Shown piece by piece: positions 1-12,353 of a DNA stretch of 64,000 nt (position 1 is the stretch's first letter; every line of letters starts with the position of its first letter). The notes beneath the pieces were generated by a model. It searched no databases. It was not told the origin of the DNA and saw only the letters and a program-made list of their open reading frames with translations. The stretch lies in NCBI RefSeq assembly GCF_009914755.1, contig NC_060939.1, one strand, 5' to 3'. The stretch is from the human T2T-CHM13v2.0 reference genome, Homo sapiens. A program made the translations under genes and the position numbers.

Positions 1-599
1 CCTAACACGCACTCTCTGGTACATCCCTGTGGGTCTCAGAGCCGCCCCCTCCTTGTCTGCAAGGAGGGAGGTGCGGTACCCACTCCGGGGACCCCCTTCA
101 TCCTTGGGGCACTCAGCGTGTGAGTCAGCTTGGCCTTCTCCTTCACAGACAAGTGTCATTGTCACAAGAGAGCGTGGGCCATTCAGAGGACTCTCACCCT
201 CATGAGGCTGGCATTGCGTGTCACCGCGTTGGAGTCAGAGGCAACCTCAAAACGCATGGGCCCTGCTTCCCTCTTCTCAGAAATGAGGAGAACCTCTGGT
301 AGAGATGACTTTTGGGGGCTCGCGGGGTCGGTGCAGAGGGGGTGTCTGGGGCCGAGCTGGGACCCGGCTGTCAGGAGCCTCTTTACACTTCAGGTTGTCT
401 GTGCCCAAGCAGATCCTGGGCTGTTGAATCATGGTAGGCAAACCACAGAACGATCTTTTGGGGTGTAACCTCAGGCTCTGTTCACTCACTGGCATCGTCA
501 AATCACACCTACAAAGAGCTGGCAAACTATTCCCTAAGCACAGAAATCCTCATGCTTATTTGCGGCCATTCCGAGCCCTGCAGGTGGCTAGGGAGAGAG

Positions 600-750
600 C
601 CATAAGGTATTTCTTGTGGCGGGGGCGGGGGGCCCTCTCTGGCATTCCCAGGGCTGCCCCCAGGACCTGGAATCAAGCAGGAGAAAGAAGGACATAACTG
701 AGAGAAGGCTTCCTCTCCGTGAGGCCGTGGAGTCCGGCCCCGGCGGAAAA
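600..750. promoter_or_regulatory. GC box in a short GC/CpG-richer patch
   Basis: GGGGGCGGGGGG at 621-632 fits the Sp/KLF consensus, and several CpGs lie at 725-745. This is motif presence only, with no linked gene. Confidence 0.15.
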
Positions 751-1102
751 TAAACTTAATACGATTGAGAGCAACAGACAGGGCTTTTCTCTGTGATACA
801 TTTAAGCAAATTGAATGCAATTACCTCAATTGAATTCAGAGCAAGGCCTGCCCTGACCTTCCCTGAAGCGTTCTGCCCACTTGGAGAGCAGCCTGGGGCA
901 CACATGACATCATCTGGACAATTTGCACATATTTATATAATTTGTCATGATGCGGTCTGCACAGGCTAGAGGCTGCGAGGTTTGCCTCCAGCACCGCTGT
1001 GAAATCAGGCCTGTGAGAATCACTTGCTGGACATATCTCTTGTGTGTGCTATTTACTTCGAATTCAAGTGTACCTAGTCACTAGTGGGGGGAGTGGGGTG
1101 GA

Positions 1103-1134
1103 TGTGTGTGTGCGTGTGTGTGTGTGTGTGTGTG
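1103..1134. repeat. (TG)n microsatellite with one interruption
   Basis: Sequence reads tgtgtgtgtgcgtgtgtgtgtgtgtgtgtgtg. Confidence 0.95.
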
Positions 1135-1912
1135 GCGGGCAGAAGATGCAAATCCGTTGATACAAATCAACAAGCAATATTATGGTATAAGGGAGGGAAA
1201 TAAAGCCAGCAGGTGCTATAATACATGTCAAAAAAAATCTGTTTTATGCTTATGCCACTGTAAGACAACAGACAGCTGTGTAGAGGTGTGGCTTCAGCGA
1301 CTGCCGAGGAAGGGTTATTTGTGGGTACAGCCATGGGATGTCAGAGGTGTCTCTATTCTGACCTCAGGCACTGAGGTCCTGCCCACGAATGGCGTGGTAG
1401 CGTGGGGAATATTCGAAGGAAAACAGAGAGGTGTCTGGATGATCTGTTTTGTTTCAGGAAGCAAACCAGCATGATGCAGGCAGCCTGAACTGAGAAAAGG
1501 AGGTTTCCGGATTTCCAAAGACACACTGAGTTCGCTGACATGTATCAGGGAGAAAAGCTCATTCAGAGATCTCCGCTGTATTACAAATTTTAATTTCTCC
1601 TGGCGTGAGAGTTCACAGCAGCCTTATGGAGGGAAATTCCTCCAAGCCTGCGTGTCATAAACTGAACTACAGGGTTTAGGGTCCTCAGGCTGCCCAGGGA
1701 TGTTGGAGGTCCACAGGTCAACTGCAGGGAGATGGATTCCCCAAATGAGCAAGAGGGTTCTGATGCTCAGGAAATAGATTAGTAGCTCCAGGCAGGTGTG
1801 GCTTCATGACCGTAAGGAAATGGAAGCAAAGAGTTGTTGGGCATGTAGAACTTTCATTTCTTGCACATTTATTCAGAGACAGAGCATATGCATTTTTGGT
1901 AGAAAATTCAAT

Positions 1913-2525
1913 ATTGCTGTTGATCTCAAATTCAAGTGTAGCTGGGCACACATGCATACAGCTGTTAACCTTGAATTCAAGCGTACCTGGGCTGCTGTTT
2001 ACTTTGAATTCAAGTGTATCTGGGCATGCATGCATACTGCTGTTCACCTCGAATTCAAGTGTAGCTGAGCACACATCTGTTCTCCTGTTTATCTCGAATT
2101 CAAGTGTTATCTGGGCATGCCTCGTGCTGCTGTTCACCTTGAAATCAAGTGTACCTGAGCACGCATCTGTTCTGCTGTTTATCTCGAATTCAAGTGTATC
2201 TGGGCATGCATCGTGCTGATGTTTACCTCGAACTCAAGTGTAGCTGGGCACACATCGTGCTGCCGTTCACCTTGAATTCAAGTGTACCTGAGCATGCATC
2301 CATACTGCTGTTTATCTCAAATTCAAGTGTACATGGGCACGCATCTTTTCTGCTGTTTATCTCGAATTCAAGTGTAGCTGGGCACGCATGCATACTGCTG
2401 TTCACCTCGAATTCAAGTGTACCTGAGCACGCATCTGTTTTGCTGTTTATCTCCAACTCAAATGTACCTGAGCATGCATCTGTTCTGCTGTTTACCTCGA
2501 ATTCCACTGTACCTGGGTAGGCATG
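1913..2525. repeat. 45-bp minisatellite (VNTR-like), ~14 copies
   Basis: The TTCAAG-like core recurs at 1931, 1976, 2009, 2054, 2099, 2144, 2189, 2233, 2277, 2322, 2367, 2412, 2457 and 2502. Spacing is 45 bp except one of 33 and two of 44. Consensus is approximately ctgctgtt(t/c)a(c/t)ctcgaattcaagtgta(c/g/t)ctg(g/a)gca(c/t)gcatc(t)gt(t). Confidence 0.95.
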
Positions 2526-2944
2526 CCATACTTTTATTGGTTAACTAGAGCAATTTGTAAAGCAAACTATCATCATTTTCCCCAAGTTGTAACCCTTGGC
2601 AAATCATTTCCCCGAAGTTTCAACTTTGCTGAAATGGAAGCTAAGAAATTAAACACAATGTATATATTCCTGGTAAAGTTTGCCCAGTACCTGAGCCAAC
2701 ACCTAGGGAGGTAAGAGCAGACAGTGGACGTTGGGGTACAGACAGATTTGGGTGACCCAGACCAAATATGATCTTCTAGAACCAAGAAATCCCACAGAGA
2801 CAGGACAAATTGGCCCGTTTGGGGCCAGCATCCTGCGGGATCCCAGACGCTTATGTTATGTGTATTTTAACACAATTTTAAAAATTGGAAAATAAAACAA
2901 AACACCTAGAGCCATGATCTCTAAGGCCATGTGTGTTCTGCACC

Positions 2945-3215
2945 TATTACTCCTCACTCACTCCATTCCAGCCCCACTGGCCTTTTTCTGGCTCCTCAGA
3001 CATGCCAAGCACTCCCTGCCTCAGGGCCTTTGCAGTGTCTGTTGCCCTCATGTGGAATGCTCTTCCCACAGATCTCTCTATGACTCTCTCTCTGTCACTT
3101 GCTCTGCTCTAATGTCTCTTTTTCAGTGAGGCCTTTCCTGATCACCCTACAGAAAAGCACCCAGCAATATTCTCTATTCCTTTTCCTTGCCTTGTCTTGG
3201 TAGCACTTGCTCCTT
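2945..3215 (+). mobile_element. LINE-2 (L2a-like) 3' fragment, old and degenerate
   Basis: Matches the L2 3' consensus as I recall it: ccagccccactggcct..., cctcagggcctttgca..., tggaatgctcttccc..., tcagtgaggcctttcctgatcaccct. Confidence 0.75.
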
Positions 3216-3682
3216 GCTGACATATAGAAAGAATATGTGTTTATGCAATGGTGAATGTGATGACCATAGATTTTTCCCCAGCCCTGTTCTAGGCAGAGAC
3301 TGGGAAATGGGTCATTCCTGTCCCCTATTCCAATTCTCACCTTCTATAATGGCTTATTTTCCTTTTTAATGTTCTAACCTAATGTCGAGCAATTTCAGTT
3401 GATTTTTTCATAAGCTGCAAGGTCCATGAAATCTCTTTCTATGGCCATTATTTTCTCAAACACTGCAGTGTCCTTTTTCAGTGTTTTCCATATATAATGA
3501 TATTCCTAGGAATATCTCCTTGGCCTTCCTATTTAAATTCACCCAATGTGGTGTTCTTCATATTTCAAGTAAATTCAATACTGCCTTCATAATTGTTGGC
3601 ACCTTTAAACTTTTATTGTCCCTGATAGGTAGATGCTCATCTTATTGGTTAAATGAATGATTTTGGCAATTTCGCTTTTTAA

Positions 3683-3985
<303 letters not shown>

Positions 3986-3999
3986 TAAAATGTCTTTTT

Positions 4000-4058
4000 G
4001 ATAGAGTGATTTTGAAGATTAAGCAGGCTAGTGGGTCAAGCACGTAGTACAACATTTG
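4000..4058 (+). mobile_element. possible degenerate MIR fragment
   Basis: gatagagtgattttgaagattaag...aagcacgtagtacaac resembles the MIR 3' part (agggttgttgtgaggattaaatgag...aaagcgcttagcaca). The match is short and diverged. Confidence 0.35.
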
Positions 4059-4644
4059 AAGCCCAAAGGCAGGGAGTGTGAGCCCCAGGTGGTGGTGGGG
4101 GGGATGAAAGGAGAAGCAGGAGGCAATGGGGAATGAGACACTTGAGACTGGAACTCAGGGCTCTTCAGAGAGAGAAGCTTCCAGGTCCTGGAGAAGGGGC
4201 GAGACCCATGCGAGTCCCCTGGACGCTCAAAAGGAAGGGCCAGGTTTCCCTGACACAGAGGGCTCCGTGGTCTCCTCCCCTCCTTTTCACCTCAGGAGGG
4301 AGGGAAAGAGGGGAAGAGAAGGTCCTGCAGAGGAGGCAGGATGGCCGGTTGAGGGGGGCCTTGGGCACTTTTTCCCAAGGGCTGCCTCCTGCGGCTGCCC
4401 CAGGGGCTTCCTTGAACAAGAATTCCCTGCTCTCCTGCTGAGAGCCAGGGTGGGTCCTCTGTCCCTCACCATGAAGTTCAATGAGTATTGGAAAGTCCGC
4501 ATGAGATGAAGGGGCTTCAGCCCAACCACTGGTCCCTGCTGCACTCACTCCTCAAGAAGGACCACCAGCTGCCTGATGGTGAGCATGGAGCAGGTCTGAG
4601 TGGACCAGACTAGGGCCAAGAAACACACCAAAATTGAAACACAA

Positions 4645-7600
4645 AGAAATACAAAACATGAACAGACCAATAACAAATAATGAGAACAAAGCTGTAATAA
4701 AAAGTCTCGCAGGAAAGAAAAGCCCCAATATTCTATGGCTTCACTACTGAAATCTAACAAATATTTAAAGAACTAATACCAATCCTACTGAAACTATTCC
4801 ACAAAATACAGATGGGGAATACTTCCAAACTCATGCTATAACACCAGAATTACCTTTATACCAAAATCAAAGACACTTTAAAAAAAGAAAACTACAATAT
4901 CTCCAATTAATATTGATGCAAAAATCCTCAACAAAATGCTAGCAAACCTTTAAGCAATACATTAAAAATATCATTCTTCATGATCATGTGTGATTTATCA
5001 CAAGGATGCAAGAATGGTTGCACATCAATCCAAATGATACATCACATCACCAAAATGAGGGAAAAGATTATATAATCATTTAAATTAAGGTATTTTAAAA
5101 AAGCATTTGATAAAATTCAACATCCCATCATGATTAAAAACCCTCAGAAACCTGGGTAGAGAAAGAACATTATTAACATAATGAAAGCCATATATGGCAT
5201 ATCCACAGCTAGTATCATACTGACAAGGGAAACACTGAAATCCCCTTCTCTAAGATCTGGAGCATGACCAGGATGCCCACTTTCACCACTGTTATTCTCC
5301 ATAGTACTGGAAGTCCTAGCAAAAGCAATCAGACAAGAGAGAGAAATAAAGGGCATCTAAAGGGAAGACAAATTATCTTTGTTTTGCAGATGATATAATC
5401 TTATATTTGTAAAAAACCTGAAGACTCCACAAAAACTACTAGAACTGATAAATTCAGTAGTTTCAGGATACAAATCAATATATAAAAATCAGTAGATTTT
5501 TTTTTTTTTTGAGACAGAGTCTCACTTTGTCACCCAGGCTGGAGTGCAGTGATGCAATCTTGGCTCACTGCAAGCTCCGCCTCCTGGGTTCACACCATTC
5601 TCCTGCCTCAGCCTCCCGAGGAGCTGGGGCTACAGGCACCCACCATCACTCCTGGCTAACTTTTTTTTGTATTTTTAGTAGAGACGGGGTTTCATCGTGT
5701 GAGCCAGTATGGTCTCGATCTCCTGACCTCGTGATGTGCCCACCTTACCTTCCCAAAGTCCTGGGAATACAGGCGTGAGGCACCGCGCCCGGCAGGAATC
5801 AGTAACATTTCTATATGCCAAGAGTGAACAATCTGAAAAAGAATTTAAAAAGAAATAGCATTCATCATAGCCACAAATAGAACTAAATACATAGAAATCA
5901 ACCAAAAAAGTAAAGGATTTCTACAACAAAAACTGTAACACAATCATAAGATAAATTGAAGACACAAAAATTGAAAGATATTCCATGTTCATGGATTGAG
6001 AGTGTTAGTATGTTAAAATGTCTATATTACTCAAAGCAATTCACAGATTAAATGCAGGAATCACATTAACTGACTTCAAATTATATTACAAAGCTATAGT
6101 AACTGTAGCAGCCTGGTACTGGCATAAAAATAGACACATAAACCAATGGAATTGAACAGATAACCCAGAAAAAAATTTTATACATTTTCACTGAACTCAT
6201 TTTCAACAAAGGTGCCAAGAACTTAAATTAGGGAAAAGACAACCTCTTCAATAAATCATGCTTGGAAACTGGATATCTACATGCAAAAGAATGAAATTAT
6301 AACCCCAACTCTTGCCATATACAAAAGTCGAATCAAAATGGATTAAATACTTAAATCTAAGACCTCGAATTAAAAAACTACTGCAAGAAAACATTGGGGA
6401 AAGTCTCTCCAGGTCTTGGCAAAAATGTCTTGAGTAATACCCCACAAGCACAGGCAACCAAAGCAAATATGGACAAATGAAGTTACATCAAGTTAAAAAT
6501 CTTCTGTATGTCAAAGGAAATGATCAATAAAGTGAGGAGACAACCCACAGAATAGGAGAACATATTTGCAAACTATTCACCTGACAAAAGATTAATAACT
6601 AGAACAGATAAGCAGCTCAAACTACTGTATAGGAAAAAAATCTAGTAATCTGATCTTTACAATGGGCAAAATATTTCAATAAACATTTCTTAAAAGAAGG
6701 CATATGAATTGAAAGCAGTTATATTATCAGAAACATGCAAATCAAAACTACAATGAGATATCATCTTATCCCAGTTAAAATGAATTTTGTCCAAAAGTCA
6801 GGCAACAGCAAATGCTAGTGAGAATGTGGAGAAATGGGAAGCCTGGTACACTGTTGGTGGAAATGTAAATTAGTACAACCACTATGGAAAACAGCTTGGA
6901 GGTTCCTCATAAAACTAAACTAGAGCTTCAATATAATCCAGCAATTTCACTGCTAAGTATATACTAACAAGAAAGGAACTCAGTATGTTGAAGAGATGTC
7001 TACATTCCCATGTTTGTTGCAGCATTGTTGAAAATAGCCAAGATTTGGAAGCAACGTAAGTGTCAATCAACAGATGAATGGATAAAGAAAATGTAGTATG
7101 TATACACAGTGGAGCCAGAAAAAAAGAATGAGATTCTGTCATTTTTAACAACATGGATGAGGGTTATTATGTTAAATGAAATAAGCCAGGCACAGAAAGA
7201 CAAACTTTGCATGTTCTCATTTATTTATGGGCGCTAAGGATCCCATTGAGTTGAATTCAATGGAGATAGAGAGTAGAAGGATGGTTACCAGAGGCTGAGA
7301 AGCATAGTAGGGGGGCAGTTTGGTAGGGCCATGGAGGGAAGTGAAGATGGCTAATGGGTACAAGAAATAGTTAAAAAGAATGAATAAGAGGTAGAGGTAC
7401 TATTTGATTGCACAACAGGATATTTGTGCTGATAGCACAACAGTAGTATTTGTACTGATAACACAGTTTGTACTGGTAGCACAACAGTAGTACTTGATAC
7501 CACAACACTGCAATTGTCAATAATTGACAATTATTATAATCAATAATAATTTAGTTGTACGTTTTAAAATAACTGAAATCATATAATTCAATTTTTGTAA

Positions 7601-7740
7601 TACAGAGTAAATGCTTGAGGAGATGGATACCCCATTTACCATGCTGTGATTGTTACATGTTGCATGCCTGTATCAAAGTATCTCATATACCCCATTTATA
7701 CACACTAATACTGTATACCCACAAAAAATAAAAATAAATG
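4645..7740 (+). mobile_element. 5'-truncated LINE-1 (L1MA-type) with decayed ORF2 (RT and C-terminal region), 3' UTR and A-rich tail; interrupted by an Alu
   Basis: L1 ORF2 motifs include aacagaccaataac, gatgcaaaaatcctcaacaaaatgctagcaaac, aaagcatttgataaaattcaacatcc and caggatgcccactttcaccact, plus the RT FADD motif (tttgcagatgat, ~5383). The 3' end taaatgcttgaggagatggatacccc...tacccacaaaaaataaaaataaa is typical of L1MA elements. There are many stops and internal deletions (e.g. near 6055 and 6720). Confidence 0.93.
5497..5793 (-). mobile_element. Alu SINE (AluY-like) inserted in the L1, with target-site duplication
   Basis: A poly-T run at 5497-5510 precedes a full Alu with AluY-type variants (gcaagctccgcctcc, ggttcacaccattctcc, gtctcgatctcctgacctcgtgat). 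The flanking direct repeat aatcagta lies at 5487 and 5797. Confidence 0.93.
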
Positions 7741-9069
7741 TGACATAATAATCAGGTATGGTTTTGCTGGGGTATGTATTACATTGTTGTATTTTGCCTA
7801 GTCTATAGGATTAGGGGGAATAGCTGTGGTAAATTCCCACAGAGGCAGTTGCAAAACTCCCCACACTTCTCTCTCCCATTTGCAGTTTAGTTTGCTAAAA
7901 TCTGCTAAAGCCGTTTCTAATTCACTACTTTGTAGCAATCTTTGGCTTTGTTTTGGAGGACTAGTAAATCAGTTAGCTGATATTGGTTTGAAAACCCTGA
8001 ATCATAGGTCTTAAGCATTATTTGGAATTCCTCGGCAAACATAAGGTGTCTTGAGTCAGATCAGGAAATCCAAACATCAGAGCATTTAATTCTGACTTGG
8101 TGTAAGGTGTATATCTTATGTTTGAACCCACTCTTCCTGTGGGTTTTGTTTTAAAAGAAATGACTACTATTTTGTCTTCTCCTGTAGCTATTTCTGGACC
8201 CTTTGTGGTTTAAGAAGGAATACAGGGAGGAGAAAGAGAAAAAAAATGAAATCATCCAGGCAAGGAAGTTTAGAAAGCAGAGGTTTAGGAGAAGAAAAAG
8301 AAGAGACAGTTTCTGGCAGCTTCCTGATTTTAAAAGCTGATTTTGCTACTTTTCTTTAATTCTGAGGTAGTTTCAAATATTTTGTTGTTACCTTTCTGGA
8401 AAGAAATAAGTTTATCATTTCAAATTTTGGATGTTTTTAGGTGCCAGCTAAAATACAACCCACATTTATTTTCCTTGATGCAGAAACCTAACTTCTCTAA
8501 TTTAGCATACGAGAAGACCAGTTTGGGAATATTTAAAGTTCTTCACTTTGGGAACCTTAGATGTTGGTCGTCCTTAGTAAAATCCTCCCTTTACATAAAT
8601 GTTTGCAAGAAGAGGTGCTATAATTATCAAACATAAAACAAGCAGGGGTGCCCAAAGGGGGACATACTCCTTGCCTGTCCTCGATTTTAGAGATATTTTT
8701 TCTCATTTTTCTTTAAAAGGAGAAGTTGAACAACATATATATTGTATATAAAATATAAAATATATAATATATATTACATATAATTTATAACATAGACATA
8801 TAATATATATTTAATATATGTATTATACATACAATGTATTATATATATAAAATATATAAAATATATTATATATGCAAAAAAATATAATATATACTATATG
8901 TCATATTGTATAAATATAATACTTATATATTATCAATTATTATATTACATATAATATATATAATATAAGATGAAGGATGTAAAACAATATTATATATATG
9001 TTATATATATTATATTTATGATACTATATATTATTATATACATAATGTATATATAATATATACATAAAT

Positions 9070-9635
9070 GTGGATGCCCTATTTCCCATCTCATAACTTA
9101 TTTTAAGAAGCGTAGCATAATAATGTGTGGGCTTGGGATTCAGTTTTTCAAACAAAACACTAAGCCTTCAATGACATTTCGGTCTCTGTAAAAGCACTCC
9201 TGTCTTCCTGACAGCAGTTGGACCACACAATGTGGATTGTGCCCTCACCCTGCAATGTTTATGCCCTATCGCCATGGTGACGGGATTAGGGATCTCCTGC
9301 TCTTGGTCCTAAGGGCCACTGTCTGTGCTGTGTTTTTCAAAGGTCAGAACAGAGTGAACCTTTGTGGTTTTATTTTCCCTGAGTTTGATTTTTCTCATGG
9401 GGAACCCGTGTTGCTGCTTTGAAGGTGTATTCATACGGGCCTTTCAAATGCCAACTCTTCAAACAACTAGTTAATGCTTTCAAAACATGTTATTTAAAAA
9501 ATTATCCTCTGTATTTTCCATATGCAGTTATAAATATGTTTCATGGTTATGTTTTATTCCTCACTTTATATATTTGATTATTGTATCAAGCAGAGTAACT
9601 TTGAAATTTTTTTTCATTTAAAAAATATGTATCTT
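9070..9635 (+). repeat. 'HSATI' higher-GC segment of unit 1 (recurs in every unit at about -167..+398 from each anchor)
   Basis: tgtgg(a/g)tgccctatttcccatctcataact...gggcttgggattcagttttt...atcgccatggtgacgggattagggatctc... is present in all 23 units and resembles the HSATI consensus as I recall it. Confidence 0.85.
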
Positions 9636-9926
<291 letters not shown>

Positions 9927-11470
9927 TTATATACGATATATATTATATGTTATGTAATACGCTTTATATGTAATATATAACCTCATATATATTATATGTC
10001 ATAATACATAATATTTATCCTATGTCATATTATATATATTGTATATATTACATAACATATATAATATGTAATACATATTATACATCTTATATATGAAAAT
10101 ATATAATTATACGTAACATAACATATAGTTATATATACTATGATATATAACATATATAGTATATCATATATGATATATAATATATATATTTTTATTACAT
10201 ATTATAATTTATATATATTATAATTTATATAAGGATATAATTATTTAGATAATATAAATAATTGTATATGATTATATAATTATATATAATCTAAATAATA
10301 ATATATATAATTACATGTTTATATAGTTATATGTATAATAATATAATTATATATATAATTATGTATATCATATAATAGACAGCATACATATTATATAATA
10401 TATATTATATATTATACAATATACGATAATAATATTTATGATAGTTAATATATCATAATATAATATATATTTTAATATTATGTATGTAACATATATTATG
10501 TGATATATAATATATATTATGTAATATAAAATAATGTAATATAATATATATTATATTATGATATATTATGTAAAGTATGTAATAAAATTATATATAACAT
10601 AATATATAGTTATGTACATTATATTATACATTTACATATAATATTATACAGTTATATATAATTTTAAATAGTTATATATAATTATAATATAAAACGTATA
10701 TAATATATATCATAAAATATATATTGTATACCATATATATTATGTATCATATATTTTATGTTATATATCATATATTGTATATCATATATCATATCTATGT
10801 TATACATAACACACTCCTCATATTGTATATTATAAATTATATATAATATATGACATACATTATATTATATATGATACATTGTACATTTTACGCAACATAG
10901 TATATATTATATGTAACATGTATATTCTATGTAAAATATATAATATATAACGTATATTACATATAATTAATGACATAGACATATAATATATATTTAATAT
11001 ATGTATTATACATACAAAGTTTTATATATAATATATAACTTATATTATATATATGTCATAAAATATAATATATATTATATGTCATATTTTATATATACAA
11101 TTATATATTATTATATGTTATTTTATAGTATATATAACATAGATAGGATATATATATTATCTATAATGTATATAATCTATAACATAGATATAATATACAT
11201 AATATATATAATGTATACTATATATTTAATACGTACATTAAACATATAATATATTCTATATATAGTATAGAATATATATCATATATGTCATAAAATATAA
11301 TATATATTACATGTCATACTGTATAAATATAATACTTATATATTATCAATTATTATATTACCTATAATATATGTAGTATAAGATGCAGGATGTAAAACAA
11401 TATTATATATGTTATATTTATTATATATATGATACTATACATTATTATATACATAATGTATATATATATA
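9927..11470. repeat. AT-rich low-complexity tract of unit 1 (recurs in every unit)
   Basis: About 1.55 kb of degenerate (TA)n/(TATAA)n sequence begins directly at the Alu A-tail. It aligns between units through landmarks such as cacattccaca, agacaac/agacagc and catagac. Confidence 0.95.
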
Positions 11471-12165
11471 TTTGTGGGTGCCCTGTTTCCCATCTCATAA
11501 CTTGTTTTAAGGAGCGCAGCATAATAATGTGTGGGCTTGGGATTCAGTTTTTGAAACAAAACACTAAGCCTTCAACGACCTTTCGGTCTATGTAAAGGCA
11601 CTCCTTTCTTCCTGGCAGCAGTTGGACCTCACAATGTGGATTGTACCCTCACCCTGCAATGTTTATGCCCTATCGCCATGGTGACGGGATTAGGGATCTC
11701 CTGCTCTTGGTCCTAAGGGCCACTGTCTGTGCTGTGTTTTTCAAAGGTCAGAACCGAGTGAACCTTTGTGGTTTTATTTTCCCTGAGTTTGATTTTTCTC
11801 ATGGGGAACCTGTGTTGCTGCTTCGAAGGTGTATTCATACTGGCCCTTCAAATCCCAACTCTTCAAATTACTAGTTAATGCTTTCAAAACATGTTATTTA
11901 AAAAATTATCCTCTGTATTTTCCATATGCAGTTATAAATATGTTTCATGGTTATGTTTTATTCCTCACTTTATATATTTGATTATTGTACCAAGCAGAGT
12001 ACCTATGAAATTTTTTTTCATTCAAAAAATATGTATCTTGGCTCAGGCCTGTAATCCCAGCCAATTTGGAGGCCAAGGCAAGGGGATCACAAGGTGAAGA
12101 GATCAAGACCATCCTGGCCAACACAGTGAAACGCTGTCACTACTAAAAATCCAAAAAATTAGCTA

Positions 12166-12353
<188 letters not shown>

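Noticed and set aside
120-820. Short ORFs and a possible CpG-island promoter
   Set aside because: CpGs are only sparsely clustered, and there is no recognisable protein or gene structure.
1718-2520. Overlapping 90-139 aa ORFs with a 15-aa repeat (TLEFEINS / LLFISNSSV)
   Set aside because: A 45-bp unit equals 15 codons and opens frames on both strands. The 44-bp units shift frame, so there is no sign of coding constraint.
1913-2525. CRISPR-like appearance (palindromic core at regular spacing)
   Set aside because: The intervening sequences are homologous to each other rather than unique spacers, the context is primate (Alu/L1), and there are no cas genes.
4126-4620. GC-rich ORFs and an exon-like segment (caccATG at 4471, G|GTGAGC donor at 4579)
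   Set aside because: The ATG frame stops after 12 codons, no partner exons or recognisable homology are visible, and such motifs are expected by chance.
4645-7740. Functional L1 ORF2
   Set aside because: The element is 5'-truncated with frameshifts, stops, deletions and an Alu insertion. The listed ORFs here are antisense or Alu-derived noise.
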